Source of the DNA: a virus | Virus record (IMG/VR): IMGVR_UViG_3300009184_000038 | Location: 10,546 to 74,545 of that record | Length of the DNA stretch: 64,000 bases | Reading direction: 5' to 3' (one strand) | Position numbers and translations under genes: made by a program | Notes under the pieces: generated by a model | Database searches by the model: none | What the model was told of the DNA's origin: nothing | Seen by the model: the letters and a program-made list of their open reading frames with translations, nothing else | In this document: one piece after another, positions 1 to 8,488 of the stretch | Layout of the letters: every line of letters begins with the position of its first letter | Position numbering within the stretch: the stretch's first letter is position 1

Positions 1-176
1 GCGCCGACGAGATGCCTATGCGGAAGTATCGCCGAATGGAGCGGGCCTGGAAGGAAACCCGTCGCCAGTGGCGGCAGATCGAACGTGTCTTCGGCAATAT
101 CGTCGGCCTTGACGAGCTGGATTCGTTTTAACCCCCGTGCATGAGAACCAATAACCCCCGTAGCAGGAAACGAGAA

Positions 177-377
177 ATGAAACCGATGCTCCCCTGGTGG
201 TCGTGTTCAGCAACGATCCTCGAGTTCGATCCCGTCTTTGGAGAATACGTCGATAACACCATCGATCATGACACGCGGGCCGCGACTGCGGAGGAGGCTG
301 AAGAGGATGCCCGCGAAACGTGGAGCGATCACGGGTACAACCCCGAGCGAGTAAAGGTGCGGAGGGTCGAAGGATGA
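177..377 (+). CDS. Hypothetical protein (acidic, 66 aa)
   Basis: ORF with purine-rich leader, ATGA-coupled to the next gene. Confidence 0.5.
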   Translation: MKPMLPWWSCSATILEFDPVFGEYVDNTIDHDTRAATAEEAEEDARETWSDHGYNPERVKVRRVEG

Positions 378-664
378 ACGCCTACCAACTCTCCCCCCGC
401 GTGACGCTCCAGCCTGGCGATCGATTCCGCGCGAGCGGCGGCCCCTACTGGAAGTGCGGCAGCGAAACGATACCGATGGCAGCTCGTGGCTTATTCACGC
501 TCGTTGAGGTGCTCCGCAGGAGGAGCCGGGTCTACCTCCTCGCGGTCGGGCGGGAGGGCTACTGCCTCCTGCACGTCGAAGGCAGGAGGAAAAACAAGTC
601 GATGCCGAATCTCGTCTGCCGGCCGTATCGGATTCGGCGGGCGGCCAGCCAGAAAAATCCTTGA
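374..664 (+). CDS. Hypothetical protein
   Basis: ATGA overlap with the upstream gene; protein-like composition. Confidence 0.55.
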   Translation: MNAYQLSPRVTLQPGDRFRASGGPYWKCGSETIPMAARGLFTLVEVLRRRSRVYLLAVGREGYCLLHVEGRRKNKSMPNLVCRPYRIRRAASQKNP

Positions 665-681
665 GCCCAACGAAAGACCGC

Positions 682-710
682 TTGACTACTAGCCAATCTT
701 TCTTTAGGAT
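682..710 (+). promoter_or_regulatory. Sigma70-type promoter TTGACT-N17-TAGGAT
   Basis: Hexamers at 682-687 and 705-710 with a 17-nt spacer, intergenic, upstream of ORF 795. Confidence 0.6.
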
Positions 711-794
711 TGCCACAGAACGAGACGATACTAGCAGGGGCCGCGGTGGCCCCGACCGGCGAAACGAGAAAACCCCGACTAGGAGAACGCGACG

Positions 795-1064
795 ATGGGA
801 GCCGTGAAACGATTTTACGAAGACTGTGCCGAGGCAGGCCGATGCCCGCTCTCGACGGAGGCTTTCGGATATCTGGACGACCTGGAATGCGAGCGAGATA
901 TCGACTGGATCGGCTACTGCGAGCATGACTATGTCGGCCGTGACGGTCGACTGTACGTCGAGGAGTGCATCACGATGGAGTCGGCCCGCCGGCTTATTGC
1001 CGAGGGGCTGGCGCACCCCGAGATCGTGAATTTCGTGGAGTGTTTCGGAGATATGTGCGTCTGA
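795..1064 (+). CDS. Hypothetical protein
   Basis: AGGAG upstream of ATG; 89 aa. Confidence 0.6.
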   Translation: MGAVKRFYEDCAEAGRCPLSTEAFGYLDDLECERDIDWIGYCEHDYVGRDGRLYVEECITMESARRLIAEGLAHPEIVNFVECFGDMCV

Positions 1065-1255
1065 CGGGATTCCCCGCCGACACGAACGAGTACGAGTTCG
1101 TCATTACTTCCAGCCGCATCGTCGGCCAGCTCGTGATGCACGACCATGAGGATGGCACTGCGGAGTATGACACTCCGTTCACGATGACCCTCGCCGGCCT
1201 CCACAACTTCCTGCGGCAGTTGCCGCGCCATGCGAATGCGTTTGCTATCGACTGA
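1055..1255 (+). CDS. Hypothetical protein
   Basis: GTG start after GGAG; fills the gap in a plus-strand operon. Confidence 0.4.
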   Translation: MRLTGFPADTNEYEFVITSSRIVGQLVMHDHEDGTAEYDTPFTMTLAGLHNFLRQLPRHANAFAID

Positions 1256-1334
1256 ACCAGACCTAGCACCCGCGCTCGAGGGCCGCCGCCACCCCCGAGC
1301 GTGATAACCCCGAGCGGCGAAAGCAGAGGACACG

Positions 1335-1793
1335 ATGAAGACGAAGACCCCAAAGAAGCGGCTGACCGGCAAGGCCGTTGACCGCGAAATCGATGAAGAG
1401 CGAGCCCGCCTGCGGAAGTACCTCGCGAAGCTCACGCTGGAGAAGCCAAGGAGCGACGACAGCGGCTATGAGTATCGGCTGCCGCTGACGTTTCGGATGT
1501 TCACGATCGTGTATCAGATCGACAAGGCAATGGTCGGCACGCCCGACTACATGGGCATCGCCGGATGGTGGAGCTACGAATACAAATTCGACCTGCGCGA
1601 GGCGACGAATAAGGAGCGGAAGAAGGCGCACGACGCCATCCTTGCCGCCGGCCTTCCGTTGGACGGCGAAAGCCAGGAGCACGCCCAGATCGTCGCCTGG
1701 GCAACGAACAACGGCAGGATGGCTGCCAAGGCAATGGGCGGCAAGTGGTCGCCGTACCGTGGCCCCCGACCGGCGAAACGAGGTGCGACATGA
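1335..1793 (+). CDS. Hypothetical protein
   Basis: AGAGGA RBS; 152 aa; ATGA-coupled to the next gene. Confidence 0.65.
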   Translation: MKTKTPKKRLTGKAVDREIDEERARLRKYLAKLTLEKPRSDDSGYEYRLPLTFRMFTIVYQIDKAMVGTPDYMGIAGWWSYEYKFDLREATNKERKKAHDAILAAGLPLDGESQEHAQIVAWATNNGRMAAKAMGGKWSPYRGPRPAKRGAT

Positions 1794-2071
1794 AGAAAGA
1801 CGACCGCGTGATGCGGGACTATGTGATGGGTGGCAACTACGTTGGCACCGTCGCGACGATCTGCTCCCTCCGCGAAAACGGGTGGAGCGTCGAAGAGATT
1901 GCTGCACAGATGCCGATCATCGGCAAGACTTGTGGCAACGAGGCGATACGGGCAGCCGGCTTGAACGGTGGGCCTCGAGTTAGTTCGCTCTACGAGCACA
2001 TGAATCTGTTCGGAGAGCAACTGTGTGAGAGACTGCGTGAACTGCGGACGATGGATATTTCCACCAACTAA
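1790..2071 (+). CDS. Hypothetical protein, possible HTH (GWSVEEIAAQM)
   Basis: ATGA overlap; GAGG RBS. Confidence 0.55.
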   Translation: MKKDDRVMRDYVMGGNYVGTVATICSLRENGWSVEEIAAQMPIIGKTCGNEAIRAAGLNGGPRVSSLYEHMNLFGEQLCERLRELRTMDISTN

Positions 2072-2084
2072 GGAGACCCCGTAC

Positions 2085-2261
2085 ATGAAAAACAGACTCA
2101 ATCCCTACGAGGCCGGCTGGCTGACATTTCTGGTCAGCTCCGGCATCGCCAGCGAGGCCGACTGCCGTGCCGCGATGAACCGCGTGGCCCAGGAAGCCCT
2201 CGACGAGATCAATCGCCTGCGGGCGAAAAAGAAGGCTGGAAAACGTCGCAAGGATCGATAG
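2085..2261 (+). CDS. Small hypothetical protein
   Basis: TAAGGAG RBS upstream of ATG 2085. Confidence 0.55.
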   Translation: MKNRLNPYEAGWLTFLVSSGIASEADCRAAMNRVAQEALDEINRLRAKKKAGKRRKDR

Positions 2262-2324
2262 GCTACTAGCCGATGGTTTGATTAGCTACTAGGAACGATT
2301 TCACCTGAAGAAAGGAGGCTCAGA

Positions 2325-2633
2325 ATGAGCCGTTCAGTGGGCGATTCGGTATGGCTCTCGACAACGCACGTCGCGTTTGACGGTGAGGCCAGAGCACACA
2401 TTGTCCCGGCCACCGTGGCTGGCGTGTTTGAGAACATCGTGATGGTCAAGATGCCGAGCGGTATGGTCACTTCGGCGAGGCAGGGCGTGGATTCGCTCTG
2501 CGACAGCGAGGCAGAGGCATGGGCTCTCGCTGCCCGCGAGTTGTCCGAGGCCCGCGATCGCGTCCAGGCGGCGATCGACAATGCCGTCGCCAAGGCGGCC
2601 AGCAGTCGCGTCGGGGAGGCTGTCGCGACATGA
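2325..2633 (+). CDS. Hypothetical protein
   Basis: AAGGAGG RBS; 102 aa. Confidence 0.65.
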   Translation: MSRSVGDSVWLSTTHVAFDGEARAHIVPATVAGVFENIVMVKMPSGMVTSARQGVDSLCDSEAEAWALAARELSEARDRVQAAIDNAVAKAASSRVGEAVAT

Positions 2634-2776
2634 ACCCCCGTGCGTGGAAATGGGTCATGGATGACCTGATCCGCACCCTCGTGCTCGTCCGACTCGGGCA
2701 ATTGCTCGGGTCGGAGAGCACGGCGGCGCGGGCCGTCCACGACCTCGTCGAGGCTGTTTTTTCGATTGTCAGATGA
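2630..2776 (+). CDS. Small hypothetical protein
   Basis: ATGA overlap; GGAGG RBS. Confidence 0.5.
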   Translation: MNPRAWKWVMDDLIRTLVLVRLGQLLGSESTAARAVHDLVEAVFSIVR

Positions 2777-2795
2777 TTGGTATGACGCATAGAAT
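2766..2795 (+). promoter_or_regulatory. Putative sigma70-type promoter TTGTCA-N18-TAGAAT
   Basis: Hexamers at 2766-2771 and 2790-2795, upstream of ORF 2831. Confidence 0.4.
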
Positions 2796-2830
2796 GTCAC
2801 CCGTACCCCCGAGCATAGAAACTAGAGGAG

Positions 2831-3205
2831 ATGACGATGCTTTACGTTCTAGGCGACTCAAGTGAGCCGCGGCAGTTTAGGCGAAAAGATGGCGAGTGGA
2901 CGCCGAACATCGACGATGCCGAGCATATGACCATCGAAGATGCCATCGACAAGCAGGCCGAGCTGATCGACGACCCCCGCATCATCAACGTATGCGAGGC
3001 ACCGCTCATGCACGAGGCGATGTACGCGGACATGGGCCGTCGGTTCGACGAATTGCAGGAGCGGCTTCGCGAGCACGAAGTGTTCCTCGAGTACGAGATC
3101 GGCGAGGGCGACGAGACGACTTGGAAGATCACGTTTGAGCGGGCTGGCGTGGCCCTCGTTCTCAAGCTGGAAGACCCGAACTCTTTTGAAATGGTGGACG
3201 CATGA
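2831..3205 (+). CDS. Hypothetical protein (acidic)
   Basis: GAGGAG RBS; 124 aa. Confidence 0.65.
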   Translation: MTMLYVLGDSSEPRQFRRKDGEWTPNIDDAEHMTIEDAIDKQAELIDDPRIINVCEAPLMHEAMYADMGRRFDELQERLREHEVFLEYEIGEGDETTWKITFERAGVALVLKLEDPNSFEMVDA

Positions 3206-3483
3206 ACGACGAGTTTAAAGACTATCTGACGATCATCCAGACAGCCAAAGCCGTAGGCTGCTCGCGGCGAACGCTGTACCGAGTCGTTGAGCGGATCGGC
3301 ACCGACGAGATCGTGACCGTGGCATTCGGCAAGCGGCTCGTCCACAAGTCGAAGGTTGCCGCCATCAAGGCCGCCTATATGCCCCTGGGGAGTAAGAAGC
3401 ACTCAATGGCTGCTCGTGCCTGGGGGTCGGCCGGCGGGACGCAGAAGCGAATCAATCGCGAGAAGGCAGCCAAGAAAGCCTAG
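3202..3483 (+). CDS. Helix-turn-helix DNA-binding protein (excisionase/MerR-like)
   Basis: YLTIIQTAKAVGCSRRTLYR HTH; basic tail. Confidence 0.65.
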   Translation: MNDEFKDYLTIIQTAKAVGCSRRTLYRVVERIGTDEIVTVAFGKRLVHKSKVAAIKAAYMPLGSKKHSMAARAWGSAGGTQKRINREKAAKKA

Positions 3484-3767
3484 CTCGAGTCGCGGGCCGT
3501 GCGCCGCGCATGGCAGGAGTGGCACGTTGTCCTTAAATTGCTCATGGACTCATCACCCCCTTTCGACTTCTCGACGATATGGTCGATGTCGGGGCTGCCG
3601 GTGACGAGCAGCCCGCACAACTGGCAGATGCCCATGTCGCGGGCGATCACGGCAAGCCGGGTGCGCCGCCACGCCGCAGAGCAGTAGCCGCGGGCCGCCG
3701 CCGTCGGCCGCTCCTGCCCCCGTGCAGGGGAACGATCAGGACGGTACGTCGGGATTCTTTTCGGCAC
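3480..3767 (-). CDS. HNH endonuclease of the terminase-associated (HK97 gp74-like) type
   Basis: RGY..AWRR.R..V..RD..CQLC...DHIV...GGD...NL...CHSCH pattern. Confidence 0.9.
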   Translation of the reverse strand: MPKRIPTYRPDRSPARGQERPTAAARGYCSAAWRRTRLAVIARDMGICQLCGLLVTGSPDIDHIVEKSKGGDESMSNLRTTCHSCHARRTARDSS

Positions 3768-4080
3768 GAGCCTGCTCCTGCCAGCCGACCATGAGTACCT
3801 GATGGGCCTGCCTGCGCCGCCACCACTCGATGATCGCCTTGACGATCAGTTGGGCGAGCACGCTGATCAGGATCGCGGCGATGACCGAGCCGTACTGATC
3901 GCGAGCCCGTAGGCGTAAACGAGCGGAGAGCACCTCTGCCATGCGGTCGGGCGGCGCGTCGGTTGGGAACTCCTCGACCGCCCACTCGACGAGCCGGTCG
4001 CGGAGGGCGGGGTGAGCCGACAGCCGGATACCGCCTGCGCGGTTGACGTAGGTTTTCAGCGTTTCGTATTTGGCGGGCAT
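3736..4080 (-). CDS. Hypothetical protein with C-terminal hydrophobic helix
   Basis: YGSVIAAILISVLAQLIVKAII segment. Confidence 0.65.
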   Translation of the reverse strand: MPAKYETLKTYVNRAGGIRLSAHPALRDRLVEWAVEEFPTDAPPDRMAEVLSARLRLRARDQYGSVIAAILISVLAQLIVKAIIEWWRRRQAHQVLMVGWQEQARAEKNPDVPS

Positions 4081-4334
4081 GTGCCGTCCTTGCATGGAGC
4101 GGAGGACGACGTGACTTTGTTGCCCTTACAGACGGGGCATACGGTGCGAACGGTTCCGTCAGTCAGATAACCAAGGCCGCGGCAATTGCTACAAACACCA
4201 GACGGAGCTGGAGCTGGCTTCGCCTGCGACATGAGCGAGTATCTGCCGGCCACCGCGACGAAAGGTCGGAGGTCTTCGGTGGCGCTCGAGCAGCCGCAGA
4301 GCAGGGCGGCGAGCATGAGGATGCACTTATACAT
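4056..4334 (-). CDS. Putative lipoprotein with DnaJ-type zinc-finger motifs
   Basis: MYKCILMLAALLCGC signal with lipobox-like end; CSNCRGLG and CPVCKG motifs. Confidence 0.65.
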   Translation of the reverse strand: MYKCILMLAALLCGCSSATEDLRPFVAVAGRYSLMSQAKPAPAPSGVCSNCRGLGYLTDGTVRTVCPVCKGNKVTSSSAPCKDGTCPPNTKR

Positions 4335-5325
4335 TGCCGGCGGCTCCGTAGGTCGTGTGCTTGCGACGAGGCCAGCCTGCAACGCTTGAGAGTGCGATGC
4401 ACTGGCACTTATCGATCGTGTCCGCGAGTGCCCAGAAGCAACCCTCGGGAATGAGCAGATCGGTGCCGAGCACCTTGCGGCTCCCTGAGTTCCAGCGGCT
4501 CCACGAATTGCACCACGCCACCAGGGCCTGACCGTATTTCTTGTGCGTCTCAGGGCGGTCGTCATATCCGACGAAAGATTGACTGTGAGCCCAGCGGCCA
4601 ACCTGACGACTTACACCGTCTTCATTTCTTGTGTTCTCGAATCCAAGCGACGAACAGTTAAACACGCCGAACCCAGACGCGAGGAAGTCGCGAACTTGGC
4701 TTCTGCCGCGAAGGAACGTCGCCGTCCTCGCGACATATTGCTTGCTCTCGCGAAGCCACGCATCGCCTGGAGGAGTCGCGCCGCCAAGCTTGATTGTCTT
4801 CTCGGTGTAGCGAGTCAGATCGATCTTCAACTCTGGATATGGCTTGCGGATCAGGAAGCCTTTCTCGCAGGCGACCTTCGCGGCTTCAGAACACACCCAG
4901 CCGTCCGAATTGAAGCCCCGCCAGGAAAAAAGGCTCTCCGCCGCGATAACTGATTCGCGAATACCTTCAGGCGGCAACTCAGGAGCACCCTCGAGTCTGC
5001 CCGTCACCTCATCGGGTTTGTTGTCGTATATTTCTGCGCTAAGGCTCCCGAGCAACGCCCGAGAGCATCCCCATGAGACGCAATCCCCCCAAAGTTGACT
5101 TGGCCCCGGCAGGCTCCCAGGAAACACCGCATCAATCGTTCGCCACAGCGTCGAAAGCCTGCCAGCCCCGGCCTCTTCCAGCCCCCAGTCATACGCGACG
5201 TTCGCGCCATTGGGATCGCCACCGTATCTCAACACATAGTCGGCGAACACCTCGTCCGCACGCGGGTCTTTACGGCAGCCGACAAAGCCGCTCGAGTAAG
5301 CAGCCGATGGGTCGAAATCACTCAT
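4327..5325 (-). CDS. Papain-like (C1 family) cysteine peptidase
   Basis: QLWGDCVSWG (Q, C), WAHSQSFVGY (H), NSWS (N) in catalytic order. Confidence 0.8.
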   Translation of the reverse strand: MSDFDPSAAYSSGFVGCRKDPRADEVFADYVLRYGGDPNGANVAYDWGLEEAGAGRLSTLWRTIDAVFPGSLPGPSQLWGDCVSWGCSRALLGSLSAEIYDNKPDEVTGRLEGAPELPPEGIRESVIAAESLFSWRGFNSDGWVCSEAAKVACEKGFLIRKPYPELKIDLTRYTEKTIKLGGATPPGDAWLRESKQYVARTATFLRGRSQVRDFLASGFGVFNCSSLGFENTRNEDGVSRQVGRWAHSQSFVGYDDRPETHKKYGQALVAWCNSWSRWNSGSRKVLGTDLLIPEGCFWALADTIDKCQCIALSSVAGWPRRKHTTYGAAGNV

Positions 5326-5812
5326 TGCCGTTCACCCTGAAGGCGTGGGCGAGCACGTTGCAGGCGGCGAGCAGCTTCTCGCCAGTGGCCTTGTCGATAG
5401 CCTTCACGTCGGCACCGACGGCGTTGAAAAAGACGGAGTCGATCGCCTTGTCAAGGCCGGGGTACTTGCCCACGTTTTTCTTCTGAATGGCAAGCTGGAG
5501 CGAGCCGGCGTGGAACACGGTGAACTTGTCGGTGTCGCCGATGATCGGAGCCGATCGCTCGCCGTCCTGCTTCAGCACAAACGCCGTCGCGTCATAGAAC
5601 GCCGCGAGATACTGCCGGTCGGAGGGCAGCATCTTCGGCAGGATCGCCTTTAGCTCCGTCGCCCAGGCGAGCTGCTCGGCCGAGGGCTTCGCCGCCACGG
5701 CGACGGCCGCGGCCGGCTGCGGAAGCTGCGGCCACGTCACGCTCATGTTGCCGCCGCGCCACGCGAAAAACAGGATGACAGCAGCCACGATATGCCTCGC
5801 TTCGACTTTCAT
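5318..5812 (-). CDS. Membrane-anchored or exported protein
   Basis: N-terminal hydrophobic segment followed by a Pro/Ala linker. Confidence 0.7.
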   Translation of the reverse strand: MKVEARHIVAAVILFFAWRGGNMSVTWPQLPQPAAAVAVAAKPSAEQLAWATELKAILPKMLPSDRQYLAAFYDATAFVLKQDGERSAPIIGDTDKFTVFHAGSLQLAIQKKNVGKYPGLDKAIDSVFFNAVGADVKAIDKATGEKLLAACNVLAHAFRVNGNE

Positions 5813-6081
5813 TTGTCGCTCCCCGCCACCAAGGCCAGCGTCAGTGTGTCAATAGCTGCCCGCTGCGGGCTCTTCTCGTCGCCCAGGAGGCCCGTGCTGT
5901 TCAGACGGGTGCGAACCAGGGCAAGGTTGGCAATGGCTTCCTGATAGCTCACAGAGTCGCCCATCGAGGGCACAGGCACCGCCGGCATCCTGCCCCAGAT
6001 CGACTTGACCACGGCGACGATCTTGGGCCACGCGAAAACAATCGCCGCGACGATTGCGGCACCAACTTGCTCGTATGTCAT
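5809..6081 (-). CDS. Small membrane protein (holin-like candidate)
   Basis: VGAAIVAAIVFAWP TM segment; ATGA coupling. Confidence 0.6.
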   Translation of the reverse strand: MTYEQVGAAIVAAIVFAWPKIVAVVKSIWGRMPAVPVPSMGDSVSYQEAIANLALVRTRLNSTGLLGDEKSPQRAAIDTLTLALVAGSDK

Positions 6082-6371
6082 TTGATTTCCTGTGCCACGA
6101 TTGCGAACCAGTTAACGAGGGCAAGACCCTCGGGTGTCTTGATGACGGCCTCGACCAGAGTCAGGAGGTCGTTGTCTTTGTCGGTAGGTGTTTTGTCGGC
6201 GGCCATCCGAAGGGCGGCGATGATCGCGACGGCCTTCTCGGCTGGCGTCTTCGCTACGGCGACGGCCTCAAGCTTCGCTAGCAGGGGAGCCCACTGAGCC
6301 AGGAGCGCGATCTTCCCCACGAGTGACAACGCACCGTAAGCATCGCCGAACGTCTCTTCATTTGCGGCCAT
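6078..6371 (-). CDS. Hypothetical protein with TPTDKDNDLL motif
   Basis: Amphipathic helices; coupled operon. Confidence 0.6.
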   Translation of the reverse strand: MAANEETFGDAYGALSLVGKIALLAQWAPLLAKLEAVAVAKTPAEKAVAIIAALRMAADKTPTDKDNDLLTLVEAVIKTPEGLALVNWFAIVAQEIK

Positions 6372-6543
6372 TGCGATTCCGCTCCAGAAACTCTTGGTAA
6401 TCCCGGCTAGCCGTCCGACCCTCGCTCGTCAGCTTGCCGCGAGAGTACGGTTGATCGCGAACGAAGACCATCAACGGAGTCGAGTCGTTGCCGCGGCGAC
6501 TCTCGAACTCTCGCTTGTCGATGTCTTCGTCGTCAGTCATCAA
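6358..6543 (-). CDS. Small hypothetical protein
   Basis: Overlapping-gene chain. Confidence 0.45.
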   Translation of the reverse strand: MMTDDEDIDKREFESRRGNDSTPLMVFVRDQPYSRGKLTSEGRTASRDYQEFLERNRNGRK

Positions 6544-6734
6544 TCATCACCGTGAACCATGAAGTTCACGCCGTCGTAGGCGTCGTCGAATACTGCCCTG
6601 GCGAAATCGCGGGCCTCTGACCGGCCGATCTTTCGTCCGAACGTCCAAATCTCGTCATCGACGATTTCGTCGCCTTTGCTGATCGTCAGCCGCGCTTCCG
6701 TCGGAGCTATCACCAGCCGTACTTCTGCCAGCAT
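6540..6734 (-). CDS. Small hypothetical protein
   Basis: AAGGAG RBS; overlap chain. Confidence 0.5.
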   Translation of the reverse strand: MLAEVRLVIAPTEARLTISKGDEIVDDEIWTFGRKIGRSEARDFARAVFDDAYDGVNFMVHGDD

Positions 6735-7008
6735 CGATGATGTCTCCTTTGGTAGTGTTCATTCTACCAAGACGAAGCTCCCTCTCGGCGGGATGCCAGC
6801 CCGCCCGAATCTTCGCGCATTCCAGGCGAATCTGGGCCGGCGTCGGCAGATAGCACTCTGGTGCCGTTCGCTCGGGCAAGCATAAAAACGCTGCTGCCGC
6901 AGCGAGGTCGTCTGCCGTGAAATCCAGTTCAACGCAGATTTCTTCTGCCGTTGAGTCGCCCTTCCAGAGCCGTCGCAAACTACGCTTCTGGTTGGCGGTC
7001 AATTTCAT
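6655..7008 (-). CDS. GcrA-like HTH protein (paralog of 9325-9660)
   Basis: LRRLWKGDSTAEEICVEL HTH plus PTPAQIR...IRAGW.PAERE motif. Confidence 0.65.
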   Translation of the reverse strand: MKLTANQKRSLRRLWKGDSTAEEICVELDFTADDLAAAAAFLCLPERTAPECYLPTPAQIRLECAKIRAGWHPAERELRLGRMNTTKGDIIDAGRSTAGDSSDGSAADDQQRRRNRR

Positions 7009-7874
7009 GGCAGGATGGCGATGTACCTCGAGCCGGGGTTCATGAAGAGCTGGTAGCCGGCCTTCTGCATGGCCTTGTGTAGCGGCACATGCTCACAGTC
7101 GCTGCCGTCGTAGACGCCGGCTAGGAACGCCTCTCTGCGGTAGAGGCAGAGGCCGCCGAACGCGGAGTTCATCGGGATCGGCGGCGAGCCGGCCGGCGGG
7201 AGGAGCGCATGGAACCAGTTGTGATCTCGGCGATCCTCCCACCAATTAAGCCTCGCCGCCCACGCATCGTACCCCGCGATCCCAAAGCCGCCGCCCTCCT
7301 GGCGGACGAACAGCGAGTAACTCGCCATCGCCCCCGGCTCACGCCGATGGAAAGACTCACCCATCATCTCGCAGAACCAGCCGAGGCTGTTGAGCACGCC
7401 GTCGACGCTGAACCCGCCGTGCGGGTCGGTGTCCAGCACCATCACATAGCTCGCGTCAGCGGCATTTAGCCGTACCCACTCCTGGCAGCGGGCGCGGCAT
7501 TTTGCCAACCGCTCCGTCCGCTCGGGCTCAAAGCCTCGAGCATCCAGGCCGCCGAGGGTGTCGTGATCGACGGTCACCCACTGGCGAATGGCGAAGTCGT
7601 CGAGCACGGCGGCCGTCTCGTCAGTCGAATCGTTCTCATAAACGTAGTAGACGCAGTCGCGCCACAACCCCGCCAGCTCGTCGACGAGTCTCAACGTGTT
7701 CTTTAAGTGCGGCATCGAGTTGCGGGCGATGCTGACGATCGCCAGCTTGCGGCGGCGGGCCTCGACGCGGCCGAACTCAACCCGCTCGCGGAAGCCGGCA
7801 GCGTATTTCTCGCCGATAGACCAGAAATCCTCTGGCCTGCTGATCTTCATGCCTGGGCAGTAGGTGAACTTCAC
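7005..7874 (-). CDS. GT-A glycosyltransferase, CAP59/GT69-like
   Basis: ARNS, YENDSTD, RLAKCR, VLDTD (DxD), SAFGGLCLYR, CEHV motifs; GTG start overlapping upstream stop. Confidence 0.8.
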   Translation of the reverse strand: MKFTYCPGMKISRPEDFWSIGEKYAAGFRERVEFGRVEARRRKLAIVSIARNSMPHLKNTLRLVDELAGLWRDCVYYVYENDSTDETAAVLDDFAIRQWVTVDHDTLGGLDARGFEPERTERLAKCRARCQEWVRLNAADASYVMVLDTDPHGGFSVDGVLNSLGWFCEMMGESFHRREPGAMASYSLFVRQEGGGFGIAGYDAWAARLNWWEDRRDHNWFHALLPPAGSPPIPMNSAFGGLCLYRREAFLAGVYDGSDCEHVPLHKAMQKAGYQLFMNPGSRYIAILP

Positions 7875-8488
7875 GATATAGCCTTGATCATGGCGGCCTT
7901 GCGGTCGGGGAAACACGTCGCGTGGAAGAAGCGACCGCCATCGACCCCACGGGGGTCGTTGACGTGCGGATTCCACTCATACGGCAACTCAGCCCAGGCT
8001 CGGCCCGCCGGCGCCGCGACGGGGGTTGCGTCGGGATCGCCGCCGAGGGCGGCGATCAGAGCCGCCTGCTCCCACCAGCAGGCAGATCGGCGAAAGCCGT
8101 TGAGCGGCCAGAGGCTCTCAAGCATCTTGGCGGCCTCGGCCCGCACGAGCCATACGCCGCAGTTCGGGACGGCTCCGTCTCCGGTGTTGTGTATCACCAT
8201 CCCCATCGGGGCGGCGGCCGGCAGATCGTCGAGGATATCCTTGTCGTACTCGAAAACGGCGACATCGGCGTCCAGCCAGAGCACGGCGTCGTAGCCGCCC
8301 CGCAGGAGAGAGACGATCAGTGGTATCTTGCCCCACGAAACGTGCCGACCGATGCCAGCGAACTGCTGCCCCGACGGGACGAACAGGTCATACCCATGCG
8401 TCTGCGCGTACCACGCGAACGTCGGCAGCGACACGTCCAGCAGCTCGGCCATCGGCCCGAGGCCGAATGTCGTGAGTACCTTCTTCAT
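7871..8488 (-). CDS. GT34 (MNN10/GMA12-like) glycosyltransferase
   Basis: WGKIP, YDAVLWLDAD, NCGVWLVR, WEQAAL motifs. Confidence 0.85.
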   Translation of the reverse strand: MKKVLTTFGLGPMAELLDVSLPTFAWYAQTHGYDLFVPSGQQFAGIGRHVSWGKIPLIVSLLRGGYDAVLWLDADVAVFEYDKDILDDLPAAAPMGMVIHNTGDGAVPNCGVWLVRAEAAKMLESLWPLNGFRRSACWWEQAALIAALGGDPDATPVAAPAGRAWAELPYEWNPHVNDPRGVDGGRFFHATCFPDRKAAMIKAIS

